A stretch of 64,000 bases of DNA from Squalus acanthias (GCA_030390025.1 JASTWF010000138.1:372001-436000); one strand, 5' to 3'. Shown: positions 1 through 12,801, numbered from the stretch's first letter. A program made the numbers and translations. The notes: generated from the sequence alone by a model not told the origin.

Positions 1-656
1 TAGAGTTGGCTGACCCGCCTCCCTCTGGTCACTCGTGGTCACCTCTAGTTCGGCCTGGTCTGTAGCTGTAGTATTTCTTCTTTCTCCCGCCAGTTCCTTT
101 CTCCCGGGTGGACCGAACTTGCCGTCTGTTCTCAGAAACGTCACTCTTACAATCCCAATGGTTCACTTAAAACATTACCGGCAACTGGTTGGACAACTCA
201 AACTTTAAGTCTCACTCTTAACAGTGTATTAACTAAGAAACTCCGATTCACAAACTGTTCCTTTCTTTAAACCTCTGAATACATCTCTAGAAATATTTAA
301 ACATTTATGAGCACCTGTCACCTTCTTTCTCCCTCAAAACCTGTCTGCTTTAGGTGTCAAAAATACTATATCATATAAATTAATTTTAAAAGAACGATCC
401 CCCTTTCTCGTCTATACCCAAATCTGCCCAACGGAAGTGATCCGTTGTATTGTGAGATACTATTTTGTCAATCGCTAATCATACGTCAAAAATTTATATT
501 GAGCCAGCCTTGCTCATAAGCTGTGAAACTCCTTTGACTTTTTCTCACATAAAGTTAAGGCAACAAGACATTAGATATAAAGCACTGCTTTCCATTACTT
601 ATCCCAGATACTTCCTATCTTGGTCACTCAACATTCCTTCATTAAACCGTGTAAAA

Positions 657-760
657 CTTCTGACGAAAGGTCAGCGACCTGAAACGTTAACTCTGATTCT
701 CTCTCCACACATGCTGCCTCACCTGCTGAGTATTTCCAGCACTTTCTCTTTGTATTTTTG
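657..760 (+). mobile_element. Short interspersed repeat carrying a minimal type I hammerhead ribozyme motif (Penelope-associated type)
   Basis: CTGACGA (660-666), stem II AGGTC-agc-GACCT, then GAAACGTT-AAC, followed by ctctgattctctctccacacatgctgcc...ctgctgagtatttccagc. Same family as the - strand copy at 44562-44665. Confidence 0.7.
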
Positions 761-1144
761 TAAAACTTGGGTGTGCCCGTTCTCTGGACTCTAATTGGAA
801 CCAGCTGCTACCTGTGAAAATGTCTTTTTTTCTAGCACAACTTTCTGAAGTACCCACGGTTCTTAGTATCAACGCTCTCAATTTCCCCAAGGTTCCACGG
901 GACTGCTGCTAATCCCATTTTAGGTCCACTTCCCTATATACCGCTGCTCAATTATTCGGAATTTTGCGTCAATTTCAGCTGCGAGCCACTAGATGGCAGC
1001 GTGTTACTGTAATGAGATTGATACAGTTTGCTGTATTGCATTTCCTACCATTTAACATTATGGCAACAATGCTTGACTAAAATAGAAACAGTGATATTTG
1101 TACAGCAAAGATTTCCTCAAGTTAAGTTATTGTGGTGCTCCGTG

Positions 1145-1268
1145 TCCATTTCCCTGTGCTCTGGGTTGGCCGTTTCCCCTTCAGTTCTATCAGATTATAC
1201 GAACACTCCCTTTCCATTTACCTCTGCTCTGGGTTGGCTGTTTCCAGTTCAGTTCTATCAGATTATAG
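1145..1268. repeat. Tandem duplication, ~67 bp x2
   Basis: tccattt.cct.tgctctgggttggc.gtttcc..ttcagttctatcagattata occurs twice in tandem. Confidence 0.8.
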
Positions 1269-1896
1269 CTGGATGAACAGACAAGTTATAGCGTAAATCA
1301 AAATGCAGCGTAAAGATACATAAATATGAAACTGTGGGAAGTAACAGCGCTCAGATAGGCGAAGATCCTGTTTGGTAACGATAATACAAAAAGCATCAGT
1401 GTGACTGACAATACCTTTGATACTTTACATTACGAAAAATGTTAGAAGTATTTAAAGCTGGGAACAAAAAGCATACTGTAGAGAGAAAAAGACCCCATGA
1501 ATCAGTGAGTAAATGTGCCAACTGGTGCTACCAAATGCAGCCAGGAAAGTTCTAGATGAAGGTGCCGGTCTGTACTGAGTGAGCGATGGAGCGGTTACAG
1601 TGGGTGTCAACCCTCCATTTCCACGTTAGATCGGGGATCAATCAGCCGGAGATCCTGCTCCCGATCGCTATCTTACTATCACTCTAAGTGTGAATCAGGA
1701 GTGAGGAGAAGTTTGGACTCGCCTTTGATCAGCTACATGGTCCAATCTCACCATCGAGTCTCGCTGAGGTACCGAATGGGGCTGGAAGAGCCGGAAACTT
1801 TTGTAGATAGAATCAGCAGCTAAAGCAGAGGAAGAAAGGCACATGTGGGACCCAACTGAAGTTCTCAATATGAAGATACAGATATATAAAAAGGAC

Positions 1897-2827
1897 ATTG
1901 GTGCCCATCAAATAACAATGGTGATTAGTGTCCATCAAATAACAATGGTCATTGGTGTCCATCAAATAACAATGTTGATTAGTGTCCATCAAATAACAAT
2001 GGTCATTGGTGTCCATCAAATAACAATGGTCACTGGTGTCCATCAAATAACAGTGGTCATTGGTGTCCATCAAATAACAATGGTCATTGGTGTCCATCAA
2101 ATAACAATGGTCATTGGTGTCCATCAAATAACAATGGTGATTGGTGTCCATCAAATAACAATGGTCATTGGTGCACATCAAATAACAATGGTCATTGATG
2201 TCCATCAAACAACTATGGTCATTGGTGTCCATCAAATAACAATGGTCATTGGTGTCCATCAAATAACAATGGTCATTGGTGTCCATCAAATAACAATGGT
2301 CATTGGCGCCCATCAAATAACAATGGTCATTGATGTCCATCAAATAACAATGGTGATTAGTGTCCATCAAATAACAACGGTCATTGGTGTCCATCAAATA
2401 ACAATGTTGATTAGTGTCCATCAAATAACAATGGTCATTGGTGTCCATCAAATAACAATGGTCACTGGTGTCCATCAAATAACAGTGGTCATTGGTGTCC
2501 ATCAAATAACAATGGTCATTGGTGTCCATCAAATAACAATGGTCATTGGTGTCCATCAAATAACAATGGTCATTGGTGTCCATCAAATAACAATGATCAT
2601 TGGTGTTCATCAAATAACAATGATCATTGGTGTCCATCAAATAACAATGATCATTGGTGTCCATCAAATAACAATGATCATTGGTGTCCATCAAGTAACA
2701 ATGGTCATTGGTGTCCATCAAATAACAATGATCATTGGCGTCCATCAAATAACAATGGTCACTGGTGTCCATCAAATAACAATGGTCATTGGTGTCCCTC
2801 AAATAACAATGCCCATTTATGTCCATC
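1897..2827. repeat. 27-bp minisatellite, ~34 copies
   Basis: Unit attggtgtccatcaaataacaatggtc. It produces the repetitive ORFs IGVHQITMV (+) and DTNDHCYLM (-). Confidence 0.97.
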
Positions 2828-2961
2828 AACGCTGGCGCTGGGCTATAGTTGTGAATTGTGTTCGCGGTTCTAGTTTCTTCACTTTGTTTGGCTGTCCCGC
2901 CCTTTCCAATACCAAACCTATCGGTTTCTGGGAGACGCCTAGTAGACAAAACTGACAGCCG

Positions 2962-3013
2962 TGATTTGCATATTGCTCATTTATCCTGTATTGATGTCCA
3001 CGTAAATGCAAAT
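2962..3013 (+). promoter_or_regulatory. Putative V1 promoter with two opposed octamer motifs
   Basis: TGATTTGCAT at 2962-2971 and ATGCAAAT at 3006-3013, 80-130 bp upstream of the leader ATG at 3094. Confidence 0.5.
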
Positions 3014-3093
3014 GCCGCAGTTGAATATAATAACCTTCTTTTATGTGCAGCGTGTACTTCCGTACAGTGTAGTACTTGCACACGGAATAAAAC

Positions 3094-3181
3094 ATGACCA
3101 CGGCTCATTATTCCCAGTGTGCGTTATGGACCATAACAGTACCCGTCAAAGCGCTACTTTTCCTCTTAACTGTTCTACCGG
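3094..3181 (+). CDS. Leader exon of TCR alpha/delta V gene V1
   Basis: ATG at 3094 encodes MTTAHYSQCALWTITVPVKALLFLLTVLP with a hydrophobic core. Phase-1 donor G|GTAGGT at 3182 matches the phase-1 V exon at 3711. Confidence 0.75.
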
Positions 3182-3710
3182 GTAGGTATTTCATGAGATT
3201 GTAATAGTTCATTTGTTTATTAATGGTAGTTATATTTCTCCTCTAATGTTTATTGTCTCCACTGTTGACAACACTGCCATATTGACGTACGGTTCCTCGG
3301 GTTTTGCCCCCCGGTCAGTGAGTGTCCGTAGATTATTCCAAATAGCCACAACATGGCCGGTCACTGTAAACACGGCAGATTCACGGAGATGCATATTCCC
3401 GCGGGAACGGGACCCAGGCTGATTAACCCACTTGTTCCGAGACACTGTGACCATTGTACCGTCCACAGCCTGCGATCAGCTAAATGAGGCGCGAAAGCTT
3501 TGGACCTTCCCATTCTGTTTCACATTGGCAGTGCGGTTAACAGCTGAATCAGAGGGGAGATGTGTGTTTGATTGTGTGCTTGTTTGGGTGTATGTGTCTG
3601 CGTATGAATGTCTGTTTGTGTGTGTTGTCCAACTATGTGTTTGGTCTAAAGTAGAAAAACTCTTTATATCTAAATGTTCTATTGATAACCTCCTCTTACT
3701 CTGTTTCCAG

Positions 3711-4018
3711 AACCCAGCCGGCAGGATAACCTTTCTCAGGGGCCTTCACTAGCAACAGTGAGTGAAGGAGATACTGTGCTGTTGCCCTGTAACTACCCCG
3801 TCATCTACACAGCCGCTAACCTATTCTGGTATGTACAGTACTCGGGAACAGGCCTGCAGTATATGCTCGTCAGACACACTGCTGGGAATGAAGAGAACGC
3901 ACCGGCCTTTACAAAGCGGTTTTCTGCCGTACAGGACAGAATGAACAAAAAGATCCCTTTGAACATCACACACACCCAGCTGTCTGACTCCGCCGTGTAT
4001 TACTGCGCGGCTATGTAG
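3711..4018 (+). CDS. TCR alpha/delta variable exon V1
   Basis: Acceptor ctgtttccAG at 3710. EPSRQDNLSQGPSLATVSEGDTVLLPCNY...LFWYVQ...RFSAV...LNITHTQLSDSAVYYCAAM* has the canonical Cys/Trp/Cys and DSAVYYC. An in-frame TAG directly precedes the RSS. Confidence 0.92.
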
Positions 4019-4057
4019 CACGGCGTTACATGAACCCTTGACACTGGTACAAAAACT
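4019..4057 (+). other. Recombination signal sequence (23-bp spacer) of V1
   Basis: Heptamer CACGGCG (4019-4025), 23 nt, nonamer ACAAAAACT (4049-4057). Confidence 0.9.
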
Positions 4058-6227
4058 ACCAGTCCCAGGTCTTTTCAGGTTTGTGAATTCCCCGCTTCTA
4101 CCATCCCCCCACACAGAAAACCGGCACAGTGGGCGGACTCTCCGTCTACACCTGACTTTAATGATGGAATGTGTTGTTAACTTTGGGACTTCCTGAGATT
4201 GTGAAAGGCGCTGTATAAATGCAAATTCTTTCTTCCTTTCTTTTTATTTACTCTATAAGAATGCTCTTATAATATTGAATGACCTTTTTTAAATCATCCC
4301 GTGACCTTCTCTAAGGAGAACAATTCCAGCCACCCCCAGTCTCTCCATATAACCGAAGTCCCTCATCCCTGGTATCATATTTTGGTCCGATTTGTTTTAT
4401 ACCGTGTCCTCGCTCCTGTTTAGGAAAATGCTCCCATGATTGATTTGATGGCCCAGCAGGTTAAGATCATAGTTCCATCTCCAGGTCTGTGCTGGTGGCA
4501 GTCGGGTTAATGACTGCGCTTAGCGAATAGTGAATTCACATTATCATTCGGCTCTGTCAGTTAACAGTTCAAGTTAAAATAATAGACTTTATACATATTC
4601 ATCTTCTTCAATAACACAGAAAAGATGCCTCCTGGTGGTTAGGATAGCGAATAATAGTCTGTGTTTCTTCAATAAAAGTGACAGCTTGGGTTAGAATAAT
4701 TTAAATCTTTAACCGTATAAATTAGAATTAGAATTATACATGCAATTGACTAGTTGAAGGACATTCGGGTTCTCAGACCGGATCCCTCTACAGACCAGGT
4801 GTGAGCTTCCCTACTGCAGACAACACCTCACTCATTTTCTCTCGGGGAAACGGTCTGCTCAAATATTCCATAATCTCCAGAAGTAACCGTGATGGATACC
4901 AGAATATCCATCCATAATCACAGTTCTCAGAGCCGCCACAGACAGCGCTCCCACATTTAGGCACAATTAGAAGCCCGGGGTTCACAAATAACATCGGACA
5001 AGGACTTCCGAGTGACATGTTAACCTTCGTGTGCATAGTTACCTGAAGATCTTTTGGATCAAAGTGAATGTGGCGCCACTCTTCACCGACTGAGAGAGGA
5101 GAGGGACAAGAAATGGAATTAATTCTGCCATATACCAAACGCACGGTGGCGCTAATGTGCTTCTTTTTCAAATGCAAATAGTGACTGCAGCATTTTGCAA
5201 TCGTTATTCAGTGTTAGCCTTAACCAAAATCTAGAATCTTAGTAACTGTGTTACGGTTATTCTTTTGAAACGTAACATTGAATTCGATCATATTATGATC
5301 GCTGTTGGATGAATGTTCTCTTACTATTAGATTATTGACTAATTCTGGTCATTACTCCTTACTAAATCTAGTATAGCCTACCCTCTTGTTGGTTGTATAA
5401 CGTATTGCTCCACAAAACTAACTTGAAAGCACTCAAGAAATTCACTACCTTTCTGGCTTGAGCTACTCTGCTCTTCCAAATCTATATGAATATTAAAGTT
5501 ATACAATTAAAACTATTCTGCTTTTGCTACAAGCCTCACTAATTTCTGAATTAATGCATTCAGCCAGTTAATCGCTGCTGTCAGGAGGCCTGTAGACAAC
5601 TCCAATTACAGTTTTACTCCACTTTTATTCCTCATTTCTAACCATAGAGTCTCACTGATTGCTTTCCCTCACCTACATTCTCTCTTACTAATATTGCAAT
5701 CGTATTTTTAATCATAAAGGCTAATCGAGGGTCAGCTCCTAATTTGAGAATCCAGCGAAGTAAAGCAAATCGGTGCGACACCTGCTCTTGTTTTAGGGAG
5801 GGAAGTGCAGACTGGCACCGCTTCTGCTTTGTACCTTAGGAGTACCTGAAGTTTGCAGCGCTGAAGTAGGTCATTTCCCCCTCAAAACTGAAAGAGGCCA
5901 TTCGGCCCACCATGTTTGTGCCAGGCCTTTGCTGGAGTAATCCAAATATAGTCAAGCTTATCCACACTCTCCATAGTCCTGTATCCTCTCCTCAAAATGC
6001 CATCAGCTTTCAGACTTAGAAAAGACATCTACTCCTTTTGACAGAGGACTCCATCATTTTAATAACTATATGCATAACCATCTGCAGTTTATGAAGGAGG
6101 AAATGTAACGATATAGTGTAACTATGAAGAAAGCTCAACCACGGAGAGTCTGCACAATAGCACAGCAGGTAATGAGATACTGCTTGGCCACAACACTTGG
6201 ATGTAACCTTTCGCTTCACAGATTTTA

Positions 6228-6496
6228 NNNNNNNNNNNNNNNNNNNNNNNNNNNNNNNNNNNNNNNNNNNNNNNNNNNNNNNNNNNNNNNNNNNNNNNNN
6301 NNNNNNNNNNNNNNNNNNNNNNNNNNNNNNNNNNNNNNNNNNNNNNNNNNNNNNNNNNNNNNNNNNNNNNNNNNNNNNNNNNNNNNNNNNNNNNNNNNNN
6401 NNNNNNNNNNNNNNNNNNNNNNNNNNNNNNNNNNNNNNNNNNNNNNNNNNNNNNNNNNNNNNNNNNNNNNNNNNNNNNNNNNNNNNNNNNNNNNNN
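6228..6496. other. Assembly gap (269 N)
   Basis: Run of N. Confidence 1.
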
Positions 6497-6924
6497 ACCC
6501 TGTGCTCAGGGACCTGAATATACTTTGGTTGACTATTCTGACCAATGCTGATCTCTGTGTGACATTCCCTAATTTAAATGTCTGAACGTCACACATAGAT
6601 TACCATTTCTTTTTCACTTTGGAACCAATTCGCCCCCAGATCCGCACACCCATGAACTCCTTATCATCACAGTGTCCCTTCCTCATACAAATTACAGGAT
6701 ATTAAAACCCAAGTCTGAGATCAACCAAACGCCACTTCCTTATTTAGCTCCCTACTGCACTACTTTTTCGGCATTTCTGATGTCCTGCACTACAAGCCTT
6801 CTCATCGGCTTCTTAACACAAAACTGAATTCAGTTTTCTCAAGCACCAAACAACACCTTCCTCCGCATCTGTCTGCTTCTAAAATGCATTTTTTCAGATA
6901 GTAGAAGTTAACATAATTGCCAAG

Positions 6925-7370
6925 AAGCCAGTGGGGAGACGAGGAGACATTATTTTACTCAGCAAGATGTTATGATCTGGAATGCATTACCTGAAAGGCT
7001 GGTGGAAGCAGATTCAATAGTAAATTTCCAGCGGGAACTGGATATATTTTTAAAAAGGAAACATTTTCAGGTCTTTGAGGAAAAGCAGGGGGTGGGACTA
7101 ATTGGACAGCTCCTTAGATGAGCCGACACGGGCAGGAGGGGCCGAATGGCCTCCTTATGTGCTGAATGATTCTATGATTCTAAGTCTGGAACTCTCTCCC
7201 CCAAAAAGCTTTTGAGGCTAGGTCAACTGAAAATTAAAAAACAGATGGATAGATGTTTGTTAGGCAAGGCTATTAAGGGATGTGGAACGAAGGCGGGTAA
7301 ATGGAGTTAAGATAGAGATCAGCCATGATCTAACTGAATGGCGGAACAGGTCTACTCCTATTCCTATGTC
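6925..7370 (+). mobile_element. Two abutting CR1 LINE 3'-end fragments
   Basis: CR1 3' motifs ...gggccgaatggcctcct...tgctgaatgattctatgattct and ...agatcagccatgatctaactgaatggcggaacagg. Confidence 0.75.
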
Positions 7371-8239
7371 CCTTTTCCCAGTGCTTGAGTGATCAACTGT
7401 TCAATATGAATAATTGTCACCCAAAACCATCGTAAATTAGAACGGCTCATACACTTTCTGCAGCAGGTTAAGTTCCTTCGTGTTGGTTAAAACACATGAT
7501 ACTTGTGAGCGCAACATTATTCTGCAGTGAATCAAACAAATCTCCGAAATGTAACCAGAGAAGAACGCTTTTTCGATCTCAGCCACCTGAGACATTACAA
7601 GCTGTAAACTGGAAGTATTTACTCCCGTCCTATTCCCTCTGTCCTACAATATTTTCTATTTTGTTTCTTTTAACGCATCCTTAACATTGTGATTGACTCG
7701 CCCTCTATGGTCACTTGTGGTAATTTATTCCACATTCTAAGATAATATTATACATTACTATCATCATTCCGACACTAAGCCTAATGCTATGTTCCCTTGT
7801 TACCGGTCACCCAAGAAGTTCAGAAATGTATAGTAATGGTTTGCTTAAGAGACGACCATTGCTCTATGTACCCTTTGCATCACAAATGTCTCCTGACCTT
7901 CCTTGTGGTGATTCTAGATCTACCAGCTCTGTATCTCCTTTAGTGACATGAAATCTTCCCCTTCTTATAAACATTATCATGGCTTTCTGTTTCATCCCGC
8001 CGCTGGCAACATGTCCATAATAAGTTCCTTAAATTTAACAATGTTATTAAACGTTCACACTTTCCTTCCACACCCTTAACATTAATTCTTGTCCCCTAGT
8101 CATCTAACCCTGCGACACCCTGAATCAAAATTCTCCACAGTGGTAGCTTTCACTATTTAGCCTCTAATAGTTATTCTTAATATCGAGCACTAGATTTAGC
8201 TATCTGTGTTCCGGTAAACGCAGCTCTAGCTTTTCACAT

Positions 8240-11217
8240 TTCTCACAATTTCGGAACAATGGGTGATCTTTAAGGAGGAGATGTTCCAAGTACAGGCTAA
8301 GGTACATTTCAACAAGAGGGAAGGGTAAGTGAATCAAAACAAGGGCGCCTTGGATGACGAGGGAGGTAGAGAGATTGATGAAACAAACAAAGAGAGTGTA
8401 TGATGCATGTCAGGTGAATTCTCCATGGGAGAACCAGACCAAATACAATAAGTTGAGAGGGGAAGTGAAGATGAAAATGAAGATTGGCAAAGAGAGAATA
8501 TGAGAGTAGAATGACGGTTAAGAGGCTTCAAGGGGATCTCGACAGGCTCAGTGAGTGGGCGAGAACATGGCAGTTGGAATATAAGGTGGATAAATGTGAA
8601 GTTATCCACTTTGGTAGAAAAACAGAAAGGCAGAGTATTTCCTAAATGGTGAAAGATTGGGGAATGCAGATGCTCAAAGGGCCCTGCGTGTCCTTGCACA
8701 TGAGTCACTGAAAGTGAATGCGCAGGTGCAGCAAGTCATTAGGAAGGCAAATGTTATGCTGGCCTTCATTACAAGAGGATTTGAGTACAGGAGTAATGAA
8801 GTCTTACTCCAATTATTTGGGCATTGGTGAGACCTCACCTGGAGTACTGTGTACAATTTTGGTCTCCTTACCTAAGGAAGGATATACTTGCCATAGAGGG
8901 AATGCAACGAAGGTTCACAAGATTGATTCCTGGGATGGCGGGACTGTCGTATGAGAAGAGATTGAGTAAACTAGGCCTGTATTCTCTTGAATTCAGAAGA
9001 ATGAGATGGGGATCTCATTGAAGCATACAAAATTATTACAGGGCTTGATAGGATGGATGCTGGGAGAATGTTTCCCTTGGCTGGGGAGCCTAGAACCAGA
9101 GGCCACAGTCTCAAGATAAATGGTAGGCCATTCAGGACTGAGATGAGAAGAAATTTCTTCACACAGAGGGTGGTGAATCTTTGGAATTCTGTACCCCAGA
9201 GGGCTGTGGAGGCTCAGTCATTGGGTATATTCAAAACAGAAGTCGATAGATTTCTGACTAGTAAGGGTATCAAGGAATATGGCGCTAGGGCCGGTGAATG
9301 GAGTTGAGGCAGAAGATCAGCCATGATCTCATTGAATGGCGGAGCAGGCTCGAAGGGCCGAATGGCCTACTCCTGCTCCTATTTCTTATGTTCTTATGTT
9401 AACATAAAAGGGAACCCAAAAATCCTCTACCGGCATGTAAACAGTAAGCGGGTAGTAAGAGGCGGTGTGGGGCCTATTAGCGACAAAGAAGGTGATATAT
9501 GCTTAGAGGCGCAGGGCAAGGCTAGAATACTCAATGAGTACTTTGTATCGGTGTTTACTAAGGATGTGGATGCTGACAAAATATCGGTAGCAGTGGAAAA
9601 GGTAGAAGCAATGGAAGGGGAGTAAATTGATAGACAGGATATATTAGAAAGGCTTAAAGTGGATAAGTCACCTGGTCCAGATGGCTTGCATCCCAGGTTG
9701 CTAAGGGAATTGGGGGAGGAGATAGCGGAAGGGCTTGCCATAATTTTCCAATGTTCCCTAGATGCAGGGGAGGTGCCTGAGGATTATAAAGTGGCAAATG
9801 TGACACCATTGTTCAAGAAAGGGTGTAAGGACAATCCTAGTAACTACAGGCCGGTCAGTTTAACATCAGTGGTGGGTAAAGTTTTAGAAACAATAATCAA
9901 GAAAAAAATTAACGGGCACTTGGAGAGGGTTAAGTTAATTAAGGAGAGCCAACACGGATTTGTAAAAGGCAGATCATGTTTGACTAATCGAATTGATTTT
10001 TTTTGATGAACTAACAGGGAGGATCGATGAAGGGAATTTTAGGAAGGCGTTTGACAAAGTACCACATAGAATGTTGGTTAACAAAATTGAGGCTCATGGA
10101 ATAGGTGGGTCAGAGGCAGCTTGGATAAGGAATTGGCTTAAGGACAGAAAACAGCGAGTTGTGGTAAATGGCTGTTTTTCAGACTGGAGGATGGTAGACA
10201 GTGGTGTTCCCCAAGGGTCATTGCTGGGGCCACTGCTTTTTTTTAACATATATATAAATTACCTGGATTTTTGAATACAAAGTAGAATTTCTAAATTTGC
10301 CGATGACACCAAACTTGGGGGTGTGGCAAATAGTGAGGATGATACTAATCGACTGCAACAGGACATAGAAAGGCTAGCAGAATGGGCAGACAAGTGGCAC
10401 ATGGAATTTAATACAGAGAAGTGTAAGGTGCTGCATTTTGGCAGAAGGAACAGGGAGAGGCAATATATACTTAATGGCACAGTTTTAAGGTGTGTGCAGG
10501 GACACAGGGAGCTGGGAGTTAATGTGCATAGATCTCTGAAGGTGGTGCGACATATTGAGAGAGTGGTTAGCAAAGCATATGGGATGTTGGGTTGCAGAAA
10601 TAGAGGTATTGAGTACAAAAGTAGAGAAGTTATGCTGAACATTTATAAAGTGCTGGTTAGGCCACAACTGGAGTATTGCGTCCAGTTCTGGTCACCACAC
10701 ATTAGGAAGGATGTGAAGGCACTTGAGAGGGTGCAGAGGAGATTTACCAGAATGGTTCCGGGGATGGGGGATCTTAGCTACAAGGACACTTTGGAGAAGC
10801 TGGATTTGTTTTAATTGGAGCAAAGGAGGTTGAGGGGTGATTTGATAGAGGTGTGCAAGATTATGACGGGTTTGGATAGGCTAGACGGGGAAAGGCTGTT
10901 ACCACTAGTTGATGGTACAAGGACTAGGGGGACACAGATTTAAGGTTTTGGACAAGAGATACAGGGGGGATGTGAGGGAAAACTTTTTTACGCAGCGAGT
11001 GGTGAGGACCTGGAACTCGCTGCCGACGGAAGTGGTGGAAGCGGAGACACTCAATGTTTTCAAGGGGAGATGGGATAGGCACTTGAGGGAATAAACTTGC
11101 AGGGCTACGGGGATAGAACGGGGGAATGGGACTGACTGGATTGCTCTACAGAGAGCCGGCACGGACTCGATGGGCCGAATGGCCTCCTTCTGTGCCGTTA
11201 TGACTCTATCTCTATGA
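8240..11217 (+). mobile_element. CR1 LINE ORF2 (RT) remnant, interrupted by a second CR1 at ~8515-9399
   Basis: ORFs contain [43 protein letters not shown] and RPQLEYCVQFWSP. The 3' tail is tatgactctat. The host reads through across the insert (...gagagtagaatg / aacataaaagggaacccaaa). Confidence 0.9.
8515..9399 (+). mobile_element. 5'-truncated CR1 LINE nested in an older CR1
   Basis: VRPHLEYCVQFWSPYLRKD...RRNFFTQRVVNLWN, ending in (ttcttatg)2. Confidence 0.88.
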
Positions 11218-12326
11218 GTCATCAGAACTCTGTCGCTTGCCTGGTTCGATCTTAATGATTCTACTTTACGTTCTTTCCGTGGTTTCAATATTCTCTTTAT
11301 AATTAGGTCACCAAAAATTAGCTCTGTGCTTGAAATGTGGCGTCAGCAGTGTTGTGCAGTTTCTGGGTCGTCTATTACGCATAATCGTCATCATCATCGT
11401 CAGCCTAGAATTGCTCTGTTCTCCATTGAGTCCCATTTCTCTCTCGAGTCAGTTGGAGATCAGAAGCTGCCGTTGGAACCGGAAGTGCACCTGTATCGTG
11501 CTGACGCACCTTAGACCGCAACTGTCACCCCAGGTTGCAGCAGCAGTAAGCTCGACAGCACTAAATGGCTTCAACATAACCTCAACGGTTAAAAACATGT
11601 TAACAGTGTATGTTTGCTCAGCGAAACTTTATCACGTTGAAAGGGGCGTTTCATTCATTGTGGAAATAATTTCGCAGGTAAATGCAATAGAGATACAAAA
11701 TCCGTCCTGATCAGCAGGTGGCAAACTGAAAATGTAACACAATTATCTACAGGGGAAACCCCGTTATTTAGATATCCCTTGTTTAATTTGTCGTGAATTT
11801 CATCCAGGACCCTAAAAATCCCGGTGCCTCGCATGGACCTAACACCAAGAAGGAAAGGTTCAATATTTACACAAATATTTCCTCCAAGTTATTACTTTCT
11901 GCAACATTCAATGATGCGCCTATTGATACAGAATAATGTAATGAACTTTAATGTTCAAATTTTCAATAAACTAATTTAAAATTCATATTTTGGAGCGGTG
12001 TTCGCGATGTCAGCAAGTTCACACTCACACACGGAGAGCGAACTACGATATTGTAAATTGATGCCTTGGAACCATTCGCTCTTTCCCTCTGAATAAAATG
12101 CTTGTCCTGTTTGGACTATGAGTGGTTGCGGTTTGTGCGGTTGGAATATTTACTTTGTCATTGGCTGGAGACTGCCGGCCGTGCTTTAACCCAAAGACTG
12201 AACCTCACGGCACACCCGCGGGGACACTGGAGCGGGACAACCGACCCTCAGTGCGGGTTGTTTCAGCGTCCAAATCGTAGCAGTTTCCAGAGGTTACAAA
12301 GTTAATAAACACACGGCGGAGCAGCA

Positions 12327-12372
12327 ATGCGGTTAATCGCTATCTGTGCTGTGTTTGGAGCACTTATTACAG
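12327..12372 (+). CDS. Leader exon of TCR alpha/delta V gene V2
   Basis: MRLIAICAVFGALIT with phase-1 donor AG|GTAATT. The intron is 83 bp. Confidence 0.9.
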
Positions 12373-12455
12373 GTAATTATTCTGGGTCGCGATTTTCGGT
12401 CAAATGTGAATTTAAAAATGGTTTAGTTTTTGAGGTTGGTTTGCATTTCATTCAG

Positions 12456-12762
12456 GTCTGAGCCAGGAAATCTCTGTCAGACAGCGGCTTCCGACAGTGA
12501 GGAGGACAGAAGGAAGCATTGTAACTTTAGACTGTGTCTATTTCACCACCAAGAGTTCCTACAGCTTACTGTGGTCCCGTCAATACCCCGGCAGAGAACC
12601 GGAGCTTCTTGTTCGCAGGTTTTCAGGCGGTTACCAAATTAAAGCGGACTTTGCTCGCAGCCGTTTCTCCTCTGCGCTGGACGCCTCGAATGCCGCCTTC
12701 ACCTTAACCGTCTCCAAACTGCGGCCTGCTGACTCCGCCACGTATTACTGCGCGCTGACTCT
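12456..12762 (+). CDS. TCR delta/alpha variable exon V2
   Basis: Acceptor ttcattcAG at 12455. GLSQEISVRQ...EGSIVTLDCVYFTTKSSYSLLWSRQYPGREPELLVRR...KADFARSRFS...LTVSKLRPADSATYYCALT is an open frame. Confidence 0.93.
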
Positions 12763-12801
12763 CACAGCGGTGGGAACCAGTTAGACCCTCGTACAAAAAC
12801 T
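12763..12801 (+). other. RSS (23-bp spacer) of V2
   Basis: CACAGCG, 23 nt, ACAAAAACT (12793-12801). Confidence 0.93.

Noticed and set aside
1685-1895. Possible V relic (SVNQ, RYR..PETF, EDTD)
   Set aside because: The motifs are scattered over different frames with no Cys/Trp framework or RSS, so it cannot be told apart from chance.
1813-2955. 378-aa and 370-aa ORFs as real proteins
   Set aside because: They are explained by a stop-free 27-bp tandem unit, with no non-repetitive domain.
4125-5180. Isolated heptamers (CACAGTG 4125, CACGGTG 5141) as D/J signals, and octamers near 4219 and 5172
   Set aside because: No nonamer at 12 or 23 bp and no J motif (FGxGT). The octamers lie in a SINE tail or AT-rich DNA away from any leader.
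6124-6596. ORFs spanning the N run
   Set aside because: These are artefacts of the assembly gap.
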